A DNA stretch of 64,000 bases from Pyrinomonadaceae bacterium (GCA_035635855.1 DASQAF010000040.1:153312-217311), one strand, 5' to 3'; shown: positions 10,834 through 21,527, counted from the first letter of the stretch. Numbers and translations: made by a program. Notes: a model not told the origin generated them from the sequence alone.

Positions 10834-11808
10834 CTAATTCGACTGTCGAACGCGAAGGACAATTTTTCCGAGGACGTGCCCTTCTTCGATCCGCTCGTGC
10901 GCCCTGGCGGCACTGGCCAACGAGTAAGTGGCAGCGATTGGGATTTTCTGCCGCGCATCCATCAGCGCGCGATTGAGCCGCTCGAACTCGCGCATACCCA
11001 CGACGGCGTCATACGAGAGCATCTCGATTCCCTTTCGTTTCCTCGGCACAGGCTCGACTCCGTTTGGATACGCTACCCGGCTGCCATCTCGCGTCGCGTC
11101 GAGACACTTCTGAAATCCCGCACCTCCCGCAAGGGCCAGCACGGCATCAATCCCTTTGGGCGCAAACGCTCGCGCGGCCTCGGCGATGTCTTCCATCTTG
11201 CCGTCGACTGCCCTATGCGCGCCGAGTTCCAGTGCGAGCGCGACGCCATCTTCACCTGATGCTGAGGCGAACACGCGCGCATGGCGCAGCCGTGCGAATT
11301 GCACTGCGAGCGTGCCGACGCCTCCCGACGCTCCGTGAATAATTATTTTCTCGTCTCTCTTCAACCCCAGGACATCGTCAATGCCCTGGAGTGCCGTGAG
11401 CCCGGTTGTCGGTATGGCGCCGGCGTGAAAAAGATCCAGCCGCTTGGGAATGGGCGCGACTTTGTCTGCGGGCACCGCGACGTATTCGGCATAGAAGCCG
11501 CCTTTCGGATTGTTCCAAGTGTAAGCATAGACGCGGTCGCCGATGTTGAAGCGGTGAATTCGCGAACCCAGCGAAACGACGGTGCCCGATCCGTCAACGC
11601 CGAGCACGTATGGAAACTTTAGACGGCCCCCGGGAGACCAGCCCCCGCGAATATCGGCATCCCATGAGCCCACGCCCGCGGTATCGACCTCGATCAGAAC
11701 TTCGCTCGGCCCGGGCAGAGGCACCGGCACCGTTTGGATCTTCAAAACTTCGGGACCGCCGAACTGATCGATCGCCGCCGCGCGCATCGTCTTGGGAATC
11801 GTGGGCAT
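10834..11808 (-). CDS. Zinc-type alcohol dehydrogenase / NADPH:quinone oxidoreductase family (MDR)
   Basis: MRAAAIDQFGGPEVLKIQTVPVPLPGPSEVLIEV... and the Rossmann motif IIIHGASGGVGTLAVQFA. Its stop abuts the convergent uspA stop. Confidence 0.85.
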   Translation of the reverse strand: MPTIPKTMRAAAIDQFGGPEVLKIQTVPVPLPGPSEVLIEVDTAGVGSWDADIRGGWSPGGRLKFPYVLGVDGSGTVVSLGSRIHRFNIGDRVYAYTWNNPKGGFYAEYVAVPADKVAPIPKRLDLFHAGAIPTTGLTALQGIDDVLGLKRDEKIIIHGASGGVGTLAVQFARLRHARVFASASGEDGVALALELGAHRAVDGKMEDIAEAARAFAPKGIDAVLALAGGAGFQKCLDATRDGSRVAYPNGVEPVPRKRKGIEMLSYDAVVGMREFERLNRALMDARQKIPIAATYSLASAARAHERIEEGHVLGKIVLRVRQSN

Positions 11809-11895
11809 TCAACCAGCTCCTGCCAAGCCTACTTGGCTCGGCGGTAGGTCACTAGCCCCGTAATGATCAATTCAACGAACTTTAGAAACAACACG

Positions 11896-12576
11896 CTAAG
11901 GACCAATCGTTATGTGGTTTTCAACCTTTGTGACTCCCGGCGCGGACCAGGCAGCTCGCTCGGCTTCTTCTCTCTCGGCCCACGATCGCACGGTGCCATA
12001 GAGTTTGACCAAGGTACCGTCGGTCTCAACCGAAATGCGTCGCGCATCCAGCTCCGCGCTGCGCTTCAAGGCATCTTCGATCTTGCTCTTAACATCTGTC
12101 GGCGAGACAGCGAGCTTAACCTCTATCTTGTTGCTTACGCCGACGACGCCTCTGATTTTCTTTACCGCTGCTTCGGCCAGGACCTTCTGATACTGCCAGT
12201 CGACCCGGCCCTCGAGCGTTACCCATCCGCTTCGTACCGTCGCCTTAATATTCTCCGTGGGTATGCTGATGTGACTCTCGAGTTCGTGCACAATATCTCT
12301 GGCGATTTCCGGATCAGTGCGCGTCGTCAACAACTTCACTTCCAGATCATTCGCTACTGCCTTAACCCCATAGACTCTCTTCGCAGCTTTTTCCGCAGCG
12401 TCTTTCTCCCAGTAACTGGGAACGAATCCCGCCAGGGTTGCGACTCCGTCCTTTACTGCTACTCCGATGTCGCTCGAAGTTATCTTTGGATCCCACCTGA
12501 GCTCCATCAGAACAGAGTTACGAATCTCGTCATCGCTCATTGCTGGCGCCCTTGCTGCCGTAGCATCTGCTGACAT
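11896..12576 (-). CDS. BON-domain protein (three BON domains, OsmY-like)
   Basis: ORF 11896..12636; the likely start is MSADATAA (12576). Three segments of the type GVATLAGFV...[28 protein letters not shown]...[17 protein letters not shown] and LVKLYGTV...[17 protein letters not shown]. Confidence 0.8.
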   Translation of the reverse strand: MSADATAARAPAMSDDEIRNSVLMELRWDPKITSSDIGVAVKDGVATLAGFVPSYWEKDAAEKAAKRVYGVKAVANDLEVKLLTTRTDPEIARDIVHELESHISIPTENIKATVRSGWVTLEGRVDWQYQKVLAEAAVKKIRGVVGVSNKIEVKLAVSPTDVKSKIEDALKRSAELDARRISVETDGTLVKLYGTVRSWAEREEAERAAWSAPGVTKVENHITIGP

Positions 12577-12678
12577 AGGTCCTCTTCCTTTCTGGATTGT
12601 CTTTCCACCACAGCCGAAACGACACTGCCGGTTCAACTAGCTTCTGCGATCCGTTTGTGGTTCGGGAGGACCAACATT

Positions 12679-12694
12679 CGCAACTCATGTGCCG
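12679..12694 (-). promoter_or_regulatory. Candidate sigma54 (-24/-12) promoter for the three-BON gene
   Basis: The minus strand reads cGGCACatgagTTGCg (GG-N10-GC). It lies about 104 nt upstream of ATG 12576. Confidence 0.55.
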
Positions 12695-13041
12695 TCTCGG
12701 AATCGCAAGACCAGCGTCGCTACTCATTCACGGTTACAGGTGTCTGAATTCTGGTTTTTGCCACGCAACTTGTTAGTCTGCGCGTAAGCGGGACTTGCTT
12801 TACGGCAGGCCTGAACACTAACCACGCTTAAGGGTGTTGGCTGAATTCACCCTCGCTCTGCTGGGTGAAAACTCCCAACATTCTGTTGTGCACGTCGAGA
12901 TTTATCCTGGACTGTGGTCTCCTAATTTGAGATTCTTTGCGCCCTTTCTGCGTTCTCGCTGAGACGCGCAGAGAAAACCTGATTAGGACACTATTTTTCC
13001 GGCTATTCGCAAGAGAGGCGAATGACGGCCTTCACTTCGTG

Positions 13042-13056
13042 GGAATGCAATTTGCT
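13042..13056 (+). promoter_or_regulatory. Weaker candidate sigma54 promoter for the ABC ATPase gene
   Basis: GGaatgcaatTTGCt has correct GG-N10-GC spacing and a TTGCT -12 box, but a poor -24 box. It lies 33 nt upstream of ATG 13088. Confidence 0.3.
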
Positions 13057-13087
13057 CGAAGGAGCAGTGTTGAGGTATGGGAAACCG

Positions 13088-13975
13088 ATGACTGAAAACT
13101 ATCAAATCGAGCCGCGCATTGAGTTTCGTGAGGTCTCGCTCGCTTTCGATGATCAGGTGGTGCTGGACCATGTGAGTTTTACGGTCGCGCCGGGCGAGAT
13201 GAAACTCATGCTCGGCGAGTCCGGCGGCGGAAAGTCGATGATTCTCAAACTCGTGCTGGGCCTGGAGAAGCCCGACAGCGGCGAAATCTTTGTCGACGGG
13301 GAAGAAATTACCAGATTTCCGGAAGAGGAGTTGAATCGCCTGCGCGAGAGGATGGGCATCGTTTTCCAGGAGGGCGCGTTGTTTGATTCGCTCACCGTGT
13401 TCGAGAACGTTGCCTACCGCTTACAGGAACGCGGCGAGGACGAGAAGGAGATCGAACGCAAGGTTGAGCAGATCCTTGAATTCGTCGGACTCAGGGGCGT
13501 CGAAGACAAATTGCCGTCTGAGCTTTCAGGCGGTATGAAGCGGCGAGTCGCAATTGCTCGAGCGGTGGTGGACGAACCGGAGATCGTCCTTTTCGACGAG
13601 CCCACGACCGGACTCGATCCGCCAACGGCGGGAACGATTTGTGAACTCGCGCTAAAACTCCGCGATTTGCGTGGGGTCAGTTCCATCTGGGTCACGCACC
13701 GGCTCGAGGACGTACGCTTTCTCACGTCAAAGTACATCGCCGCTGCCTGGCCCGATCAAACCAACGGCGACCAGATCGAAGCCAAGCAATTAAAAATAGA
13801 AGACGAAGGCGATAAACTGCGTTTGGTGAATACGAAGATTGTGATGCTGCATCACGGCCGGATCATTTTCGAAGGCCCGGATGAGGAGTTCTGGCATTCA
13901 GACGATCCATTTATTCGCGAATTCCTCGAGTTTGACACGACAGTTTACGAACACTTCGATGGTCACACAGCGTGA
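13088..13975 (+). CDS. ABC transporter ATP-binding protein, MlaF/Ttg2A-like, with C-terminal extension
   Basis: ORF 13022..13975; the likely start is MTENYQ (13088). Walker A GESGGGKS, signature LSGGMKRRVAIARA, Walker B IVLFDEPTTGLDP. No permease gene is adjacent. Confidence 0.85.
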   Translation: MTENYQIEPRIEFREVSLAFDDQVVLDHVSFTVAPGEMKLMLGESGGGKSMILKLVLGLEKPDSGEIFVDGEEITRFPEEELNRLRERMGIVFQEGALFDSLTVFENVAYRLQERGEDEKEIERKVEQILEFVGLRGVEDKLPSELSGGMKRRVAIARAVVDEPEIVLFDEPTTGLDPPTAGTICELALKLRDLRGVSSIWVTHRLEDVRFLTSKYIAAAWPDQTNGDQIEAKQLKIEDEGDKLRLVNTKIVMLHHGRIIFEGPDEEFWHSDDPFIREFLEFDTTVYEHFDGHTA

Positions 13976-14293
13976 AGTCAGAACCCCGCGCCCGATGAAA
14001 GTAGTCGTCGCGACCACGGCGATGCTTTCTTTTATCTCCTTCGGGCGCGCAGCAGCGATTGTCCTCAATGACCTGGAACGCGAACACTAACCTCTCCACA
14101 ATATAAGCTCCACACTTTGAGATTACGCTCCTGGTGATTATCCTGAATTTCGCCTGGACATGGGTGGCGAATCGTCACCCTCTTAGGAGATTGCGCGGGA
14201 CAATTTGTCACCGAAGAAATACTTTTTCTAAATTGCTTCCGTTTCACCGGGCATGGACAGAGCTTTCAGTCGTCAATCTGAAACATTTCAATG

Positions 14294-14309
14294 CGGCATT
14301 GTCGTTGCC
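14294..14309 (+). promoter_or_regulatory. Candidate sigma54 promoter for the CHASE2 kinase operon
   Basis: cGGCATtgtcgTTGCc (GG 14295-96, GC 14307-08, N10 spacing), 60 nt upstream of ATG 14368. Confidence 0.5.
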
Positions 14310-14367
14310 TAAGCAAATTGATTCCGTCATAGCCTGATCGAGCCAGATCAGTGCCGTCACAGTAACC

Positions 14368-17352
14368 ATGAAAGAACGATCCGTCATGTTGCGTCGTGTC
14401 AGCCGGGCAGCATGGCTCATAGCGATCATCGTCGTATCGACGTTGGTAGCGATGGTTCTTTCGTGGCGCGCACCGGGTCTCAACTTCTATGCGCGCGATA
14501 GGTTGATGCAGGCTCGTGGTCCAGTACCCGCACCTGACGATATTGTCCTCGTGGTGATCGACGAGGCAAGCATTGCGCGCTACGGACGGTTTCCGTGGCA
14601 ACGCAGTTCGACCGCGCGCGCTCTCGATATCATCTCTTCGGCGCAACCAAAGGCAATCGGTCTCGATGTGCTCTATAGCGAACCCACTGTCGCCGCGGAC
14701 GACACTGCCCTGGCCGATTCAATCAAACATGCCGGAAACACCGTCGTCGCTGCCCAACTTGCTGAGATAACTGATCAGTCAGGAGCGCCGTCAATACACT
14801 GGCTTCGCCCTCTGCCTCTAATCGAGGATGCCGCGGCCGGCGTCGGTCATGCGAACGTTTCAACCGAAGCAGATGGAGAAGCGCGAGAATTATCTTTACG
14901 TAAAGCGGATGACCAGGGGCAAGCACTGTGGTCAATTGCAATCGAGACGATCCGAGTTGGCGAGGGCATCCGGGCCACCAGCGTGCGTGATGTGCGCGGT
15001 GGAGTGACTCTCGGAGTACGCACAATTCCCGTCGAGCCGGACGTTTCAGCTCCCCACTTCGCGTCTACAAAACCAACTAACCCCGTTGACACCTTACGGT
15101 CGGACAGAATGGCGATTGATTACGTCGGGCCACCTGGATCATTTTCACATCAGACTTTCAGTTTCGCGGACGTACTTGATGGTCACGTGCCGCCTCAAAG
15201 CTTTCGAAGTAAATACGTACTGATTGGGGCGACTGCCGCCACGCTGGGAGATCACGTCGCAACTCCGTTCGCACATACCAACGGATCAGCAGGCGAACAG
15301 CATGGCGAGTTGATGCCGGGTGTAGAAGTCCTGGCCAATTCCGTGAATACGATCTTGCGGTCGCGTTTCTATCACGAAACTCCGGACTGGCTTGCGGTGT
15401 TGTTAGCCGCACTGGTGGCATCAGCGGTTTTGGGTTTACTCGCCGTCGCGCAAGGACAATTCGAAAGCGTCAAACAAATTCTCGTCCTCTTTGGATTGCT
15501 CGCGATAATCCTCTCCGTTTCTTACTTCATGTTTGTCCGTTGGCTGATTGTGCCGCCCCTGGTCCCCGCACTCCTTTCATTTGCCACCGCGGCGCCGCTC
15601 GCGCTGCTACGGCGTTCACTCCGGACGAGCGCCGATCTGGACGCGCGAATTGCTGAATTGACGAGCGCCAACGAATTGCTTCTCTTGTCAACCGAACGGC
15701 CGGCGAGTAGCCTCGGGTCAAATCCAGCGACGCTCATCGCCCATTTGACGGGAAGTGATGCGGTCGGTGTTTATCTTGATAACGGCCGATATCGCCTGGT
15801 CGCCTCACACGGGCCAAATATTGCGCCTTTGCTTACTGAGGACGAAGTTTCACTGGCTGTTTCCGGCGCCCAAACCGGTCCGCGCCATTCGATCATTGCA
15901 GATCGCGATTTAGGAACAACAGAATCTGCGGCGACTATATCTGCGCAGGACTCTGAGCAAGGCGATTCGAGCCGAATGGGGCAATTAAGTCTGCGACTCG
16001 GAGACGATGGCCGTTTCCGTGGAGCCCTGATTCTGCGGCAACTTCCTCAGGACGTGCGCAGTGAGATATTGCGTCTATCTATTGAGATCGCGACAAGTTA
16101 CATCTCGAACGTCGCAGATGAAACAAGCACTGGCACTTCAGCCTTGGCTTCATCATCTCGCTGGCGGTTTCCGCGCGGAGTCGAGTGGAAGGCCCGCGCC
16201 CTTGGTGTATTGAATCGGCGACTCCTGTCACGGGCTCGCTTTGTCGATCGAGCGCTGCACGCCGTCGAGGATGGTTTGGTGGTCGCTGACATCAACGGCC
16301 GCATTGCTTTCGCCAACCCGCGAGCTGCGGAAATTCTTCGCATTCCCGAGCGAACGCTCGTTGGCAGTGACCTTTTTCGACTACTAGCAGAAACGGAACT
16401 TCAAGGCGCTGCGGATAATCTTGAAGTTTGGCGGATGGCGCGCGAGACGCTGCTACATTTGATTATTGGACGAGCGTCAATCGAGCGTGAAATCGCGGTC
16501 GGCGAAGCTCCGCGGCGCTATTACACGCTGCGCCTTTCTACTGTGACTTCCAGAGATGACGGGGCAGGCGAGATCCTTGGTCTGGTGGCCGCCTTTTCTA
16601 ACGTAACCCAACAGCATGATCTGCAGGAGATGAAGACCGACGTGATGGCTCTGGTGACGCACGAGCTGCTTACACCGCTGACCGCGATCCAGGGGATGAG
16701 CGAAGTGCTGGCGCAGTTTGACGTGCAGGAAGAACGCCGGCGAGAGATGCACCTGGCGATCAATGACGAAGCGAAGCGACTGTCGCGCCTGATCACCGAG
16801 TATATGGACATCACGAAACTCGAATCCGGCGCGCGTCCGGTACGCGTGGCGCCGGTGCGGATGATGCCCTTGATCGAAAGGGTTCTGCTTTTGCTGAGCC
16901 CGCTGGCGGCCAAACGCGATATCAGAATCGTGCGCCGCCTCGCGCCCGACTTGCCCGCGCTATCAGTCGACGCCGATTTGTTAGCCCGGGCCCTCACCAA
17001 CCTCCTCGCTAATGCCATAAAGTACAGCCCTGCCAGGACTGAAATCATCGTCGCGGCCCGCGACGCCGGCGATAGTTTACTTGTCGAAGTGAGCGACCAC
17101 GGCTACGGAATTTCGGCGGACGCCCTTCCACACATCTTCGAGAAATTCTATCGCGTGCCCAGTGTCGAGGACACCGATGTGCCCGGGACCGGCCTTGGAC
17201 TCGCTCTAGTCCGTGAAATCGTTGAATTGCATGGTGGTCGCGTGACGGTTCGCAGTGAGCCGGGGGTCGGTTCAACTTTCTCGATAAGACTGCCGTTGGC
17301 GCCCAAAGAAACCTCCCGAGACAAACCGTCTCAGAGCAAGCCAGCTAATTAA
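14368..17352 (+). CDS. CHASE2-domain sensor histidine kinase (CHASE2-TM-GAF/PAS-HisKA-HATPase)
   Basis: 994 aa. N-terminal TM, then DIVLVVIDEASIARYGRFPWQRS...AIGLDVLYSEPT (CHASE2 pattern) and three TM helices around residues 340-410. PAS-like segment LVVADINGRIAFANPRAAEIL, H-box LVTHELLTPLTAI, NLLANAIKYS, GTGLGLALVREIVELHGG. Confidence 0.85.
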   Translation: MKERSVMLRRVSRAAWLIAIIVVSTLVAMVLSWRAPGLNFYARDRLMQARGPVPAPDDIVLVVIDEASIARYGRFPWQRSSTARALDIISSAQPKAIGLDVLYSEPTVAADDTALADSIKHAGNTVVAAQLAEITDQSGAPSIHWLRPLPLIEDAAAGVGHANVSTEADGEARELSLRKADDQGQALWSIAIETIRVGEGIRATSVRDVRGGVTLGVRTIPVEPDVSAPHFASTKPTNPVDTLRSDRMAIDYVGPPGSFSHQTFSFADVLDGHVPPQSFRSKYVLIGATAATLGDHVATPFAHTNGSAGEQHGELMPGVEVLANSVNTILRSRFYHETPDWLAVLLAALVASAVLGLLAVAQGQFESVKQILVLFGLLAIILSVSYFMFVRWLIVPPLVPALLSFATAAPLALLRRSLRTSADLDARIAELTSANELLLLSTERPASSLGSNPATLIAHLTGSDAVGVYLDNGRYRLVASHGPNIAPLLTEDEVSLAVSGAQTGPRHSIIADRDLGTTESAATISAQDSEQGDSSRMGQLSLRLGDDGRFRGALILRQLPQDVRSEILRLSIEIATSYISNVADETSTGTSALASSSRWRFPRGVEWKARALGVLNRRLLSRARFVDRALHAVEDGLVVADINGRIAFANPRAAEILRIPERTLVGSDLFRLLAETELQGAADNLEVWRMARETLLHLIIGRASIEREIAVGEAPRRYYTLRLSTVTSRDDGAGEILGLVAAFSNVTQQHDLQEMKTDVMALVTHELLTPLTAIQGMSEVLAQFDVQEERRREMHLAINDEAKRLSRLITEYMDITKLESGARPVRVAPVRMMPLIERVLLLLSPLAAKRDIRIVRRLAPDLPALSVDADLLARALTNLLANAIKYSPARTEIIVAARDAGDSLLVEVSDHGYGISADALPHIFEKFYRVPSVEDTDVPGTGLGLALVREIVELHGGRVTVRSEPGVGSTFSIRLPLAPKETSRDKPSQSKPAN

Positions 17353-17440
17353 TTCCGTATTAACCTTTCAAGTGATACGCTTTAACTACTTGAGTACCCT
17401 TTGAGATCAGGTGGGCTGGCAACGATAATGTAGCGCGAAG

Positions 17441-18877
17441 ATGTCCAGACACTCTCCACACATTCTCGTAGCGGATGACGAACGGTCAATCCGGCTAACG
17501 TTGGAGACTGGCCTCACGCTTAATGGCTTTCGTGTGACGTGCGCGCGCACTGGCCGCGAAGCGCTGCAAGCCGCGCGTGCCTCCAGCTTCGACGCCGTCG
17601 TCAGCGATATCTTTATGCCGGACGGTGACGGATTGGATGTCGTGCGGGAATTGCGCGCGATCTCGCCGGCAACGCCAATCATCTTGATCACGGCACAGGG
17701 TTCACTTGAATTGGCGGTGCGCGCCGTTTCAGAAGGAGCCAGCGACTTCATAGCCAAGCCCTTCGAGGTCGCCGCTTTGGCGGCCCTGGTTCGTCGTCAC
17801 CTGGATTCGCGCCTCGAGGCCGACGCGGACACGTCGCCCATTGACGTCTCTTTTATCGACGAGTTTTCCAACTCAGGATTAGTCGGGCGCAGCGCGGCAA
17901 TGGTCAACGTTTATAAGTTGATTGCCCACGCCGCACGAGCGGATGCGACGGTCCTGGTTCTGGGAGAATCCGGCACGGGGAAAGAGTTGGTAGCGCGCGC
18001 CATCCATGACTTCAGTCCGCGAGCGGGCAAACCTTTCATCGCGGTCAACTGTTCGGGATTGACGGATACCTTGTTGGAAGCGGAACTGTTTGGTCACACG
18101 CGGGGCGCGTTTACCGGGGCAACCACAGAGCGGACCGGACTTTTCGAGGCAGCTGATGGGGGAACACTCTTTCTTGATGAATTGGCTTCGACGAGTGCTG
18201 CCTTTCAGGCAAGTTTGTTGCGCGTGCTCCAGTTGGGTGAAGTGCGTCGCGTGGGTTCGACCCAGGCGCACCGAGTAAGTGTTCGAGTCATCGGCGCGAG
18301 CAATGCCCCTTTACCCGAACTGGTAGAGGCAGGAACTTTCCGGCCTGATCTGTTTTATCGTTTGAGCGTCCTGACTATCCAACTCCCACCCTTGAGGGAG
18401 CGGACCGGTGACGTCGAATTGTTGGCGCGACATTTCCTGCGCCGGATGAGCGCCAAAGGCGAAGCGGAGCTGCGACTTTCAAATGAAGCGGCTGAAGCTC
18501 TCAACGCGTATGCTTTCGCCGGTAATGTACGCGAGTTGGAAAACGCAATGACACGCGCCGTTGCGCTCTGCTCGGGAGGAATAGTTACCCTCGATTGTTT
18601 ACCGCCGGACATCTCAGCCCGGTATGGCGAGTCATCATCGAGCGCTGACGCTGCTTCTTCAATTGTTGCAGATCGGCCGACAATAGAAGAACTTGAGCGC
18701 CGTTACCTTAAACTCACACTGACCGAAGTGAACGGTAATAGACGCCGTGCCGCTGCGGTTCTGGGCGTCAATCGACGCACTATTCAGCGGCTTATCGCCC
18801 GCTATGACCTTTTGGCGCTGACCGAGAAGGAAATCAGGCCAGAGGCTGAAGACAATCCTGACTCTGAGAACGGTTAG
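17441..18877 (+). CDS. NtrC-family sigma54-dependent response regulator (REC-AAA+-HTH)
   Basis: ILVADDERSIR, DIFMPDGDG, Walker A GESGTGKE, GAFTGA, and HTH NGNRRRAAAVLGVNRRTIQRLI. Confidence 0.93.
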   Translation: MSRHSPHILVADDERSIRLTLETGLTLNGFRVTCARTGREALQAARASSFDAVVSDIFMPDGDGLDVVRELRAISPATPIILITAQGSLELAVRAVSEGASDFIAKPFEVAALAALVRRHLDSRLEADADTSPIDVSFIDEFSNSGLVGRSAAMVNVYKLIAHAARADATVLVLGESGTGKELVARAIHDFSPRAGKPFIAVNCSGLTDTLLEAELFGHTRGAFTGATTERTGLFEAADGGTLFLDELASTSAAFQASLLRVLQLGEVRRVGSTQAHRVSVRVIGASNAPLPELVEAGTFRPDLFYRLSVLTIQLPPLRERTGDVELLARHFLRRMSAKGEAELRLSNEAAEALNAYAFAGNVRELENAMTRAVALCSGGIVTLDCLPPDISARYGESSSSADAASSIVADRPTIEELERRYLKLTLTEVNGNRRRAAAVLGVNRRTIQRLIARYDLLALTEKEIRPEAEDNPDSENG

Positions 18878-18899
18878 GCTGAATAAGACGAATTTCAAG

Positions 18900-21035
18900 G
18901 TGAATCCAGTCGCTCACATTGAAGCCGAAAGCATACGAGCGCGTGTGTTGCCCATCGCTCTGTTGATGCGGGGGTTGCTTTTGGTAGCGGCTTTTCAGGG
19001 CATGCACAATATCGCGAGCGCGCAGGGTGGTTTGATCGAAGCTCGGGTAACCAGCGTGCGCGGTCGGGCACTTATCTCCAGCCAGGCGAGTAGGCCATCC
19101 GGGATTGCGCAAGGACTTATCATACTTCCCGGTGATGAAATCGACACCCGCGCCGGGGGTCGCGTTGCAATTGAACTGGGCGACGGTAGTCTGGTCATCG
19201 TACAGCCAGGTTCGCTGGTAGTGATGCAGGACTATCGTAATGCGGGTTCTCTGCGCGAGCTTTTGCAGATCACCGTTGGGCGTGTGCGTATTCGTATAAA
19301 TCATTTTGGCGGCCGACCCAACCCCTACCGCATCAATAGCCCAACGGCTTCGATTGCTGTGCGCGGCACAGAATTCAGCGTAGCGGTTGAGCCACGCGGG
19401 GACACTCAGGTTGTCGTCTATGAAGGAACCGTGGAGGTATCCAGTTTCGCGAATCCTCGTCACCCGGTCCTGGTCCAACCCGGACATGGAGTCATCGTTC
19501 GACCAAATGAGGATATTCAGTTCTTTGTGCCCGGTCCCAATACCGAGATAGGAGCCCGGAGCAAAGGAAAGGGCGCTTCCGCGGGAGACGATGGCGATGC
19601 CACCGGTGAGGAAGTCACCAGTTCCGGAGGGTCTTTACGCGGCGCCGCTGGTGTTCATGAACGATACCTTCAAAGCATCGTTGAGAGTGGCGAGCTGCCA
19701 CTGCCGTCTCGGTTCACAGCTTTTCCGGATTCTTACTTTGACAGTGTGGAAAATCCATCTTACGCGACTGAGTTCACGACTACGCAGGGACGATTGTTCT
19801 TAGTTCCCTCTATCGGCGGGACTCAGGAGAAGGAAGGGGCGCGCGAACTCCTGGGGTTTGGCGATTCGCGTCTGGTCGATTACAGCTTTTCTCCGCAGGC
19901 TTCGGTATTCGTTGCCCTGCCAAAGTATCGGTCTGTAGTTGGAGGGCGTGTCGCTTTCTCGCGCGACGGGCTCCAGTCGTTCACGGTGGATGAAAACGTC
20001 AGGTTAACGAGCGGGATCTTTCCAGGCGGAACGACCGGCGCGCGCTCAATCGACGGCTCAACAAAAAATAAGCTCTCCACGATATCGCTTATCGCAGCGC
20101 GACGATTCGGCAGCGACGGTCGTACAAGTCTCGGCGTCGGTTTTGAGTATTTGAAAACCGCTGGCTCCCTTCTCAACACGACGACCCAAACCGACACGAC
20201 GGGACTTACCTCCCGCGAAGTTGTCGACACAGGCTCTTCTGCCAGACGCACGCGATTCACACTCGGAGTGACCCGCGAGTTACGTAACGGGAAGAAGCTC
20301 GGGCTCTTTTATCGCTATGGATTCGTGACCGCTGAAGATCGCGACCGTTCACGGACACTCAATGGAGCAAATCGATTACTTAACCGCACGAGTATCACCG
20401 GCCGTTCGTCGGAGATCGGGCTGCGCTTTAGGGGGGCGATTACTCGTCGGCTCTTCTATGGTGTCGAAGGCTCGTACCTGTTCGCGAATAATGATGGCCG
20501 GACGCGGCGCGCCCGTGTCGTCGATTCGGATTTACTTGCGGGCTCGACGCGCGCAACCATTGGTTTTGGTTTAGGCTATGTCCCCTGGCGCGGTACCGTT
20601 CTTAGCTTTGATGTGGCCGGAGGAATCACACGCATCAATGACCGCAGGCTTGAGCGCTCGACCGGCAATCTCCTGGAAACCGAGAAAGAGAGAGCACGCT
20701 TTGTTTCATTTCATGGAGCTGTGCAGGCCGACGTTTGGCGACGCTCGTTCCTAAGTGCGTCCGTACTTTCGGTTACTCAAACACAAGTCACGGACATGGC
20801 CCTTTTCCCGGACCGTTTTGGTCGGCGGGTGATGAGGGACGGAATGTTCATGCCGAATGGGCGCACTCGCGACCACTTCACGGACTACTTCGGTAACTTT
20901 GGCGCCGGCTGGCGATTCAACCGTAACTTTCTCGCCGAATATATTTTTTCTACCGATTTCGGTCAGACTTCTCCAAGACATACTCTCTTGCTGCGCTATA
21001 CATTTAGTCGCGGCGAAGAGAACTCCTGGAAATAA
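18900..21035 (+). CDS. Secreted FecR-domain protein with large C-terminal beta-rich (barrel-like) domain
   Basis: GTG start 22 nt after the ntrC-type gene, with a signal peptide. FecR-like segment ILPGDEIDTRAGGRVAIELGDGSLVIVQPGS...SIAVRGTEFSV...VYEGTVEV, a G/S/D-rich linker, then about 450 aa of alternating-pattern sequence. Confidence 0.65.
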   Translation: MNPVAHIEAESIRARVLPIALLMRGLLLVAAFQGMHNIASAQGGLIEARVTSVRGRALISSQASRPSGIAQGLIILPGDEIDTRAGGRVAIELGDGSLVIVQPGSLVVMQDYRNAGSLRELLQITVGRVRIRINHFGGRPNPYRINSPTASIAVRGTEFSVAVEPRGDTQVVVYEGTVEVSSFANPRHPVLVQPGHGVIVRPNEDIQFFVPGPNTEIGARSKGKGASAGDDGDATGEEVTSSGGSLRGAAGVHERYLQSIVESGELPLPSRFTAFPDSYFDSVENPSYATEFTTTQGRLFLVPSIGGTQEKEGARELLGFGDSRLVDYSFSPQASVFVALPKYRSVVGGRVAFSRDGLQSFTVDENVRLTSGIFPGGTTGARSIDGSTKNKLSTISLIAARRFGSDGRTSLGVGFEYLKTAGSLLNTTTQTDTTGLTSREVVDTGSSARRTRFTLGVTRELRNGKKLGLFYRYGFVTAEDRDRSRTLNGANRLLNRTSITGRSSEIGLRFRGAITRRLFYGVEGSYLFANNDGRTRRARVVDSDLLAGSTRATIGFGLGYVPWRGTVLSFDVAGGITRINDRRLERSTGNLLETEKERARFVSFHGAVQADVWRRSFLSASVLSVTQTQVTDMALFPDRFGRRVMRDGMFMPNGRTRDHFTDYFGNFGAGWRFNRNFLAEYIFSTDFGQTSPRHTLLLRYTFSRGEENSWK

Positions 21036-21527
21036 GCATCCACGAATGGGGCAGTCGCCCGACTGCTAAGGAGGGCTTTGCTTTCCTAACGATCAATCCG
21101 CCGATCGCAGAGCTTCCCTAATGGGCGGGCTACAACCTTCCGACGAAATAATTCCGAGTGACGTATTGCCACCTTCGCCACGTCCCGGGGGCGTCACTAT
21201 GTCCCCACCTCTCTGCCAGCGAGCTTGATCGTCAACCTTTGAGGCAGGAATGGTTATTGCACCAGTTAGCCGGTGTTTCCCGTTTGGACATTCAGACAAT
21301 CACACTGAAAGGGTATCCATGCTTACTACAAAGCGGTTTCTTCTGCCTTGCGGATTACTCGGCTTGACGGCGCCTTCAATGATGCTTCGCGCACAACAGC
21401 CACTTTTTCACCTTCGGAGTAAGCTATGACAACAATCATGCGGTCTTGCTCAGGCCAGGCCTGACGTTCTATCTTAATCGTCCCGGACGAACACATACGC
21501 AGTAGGTTTCTGACTTGGGATTAGATT

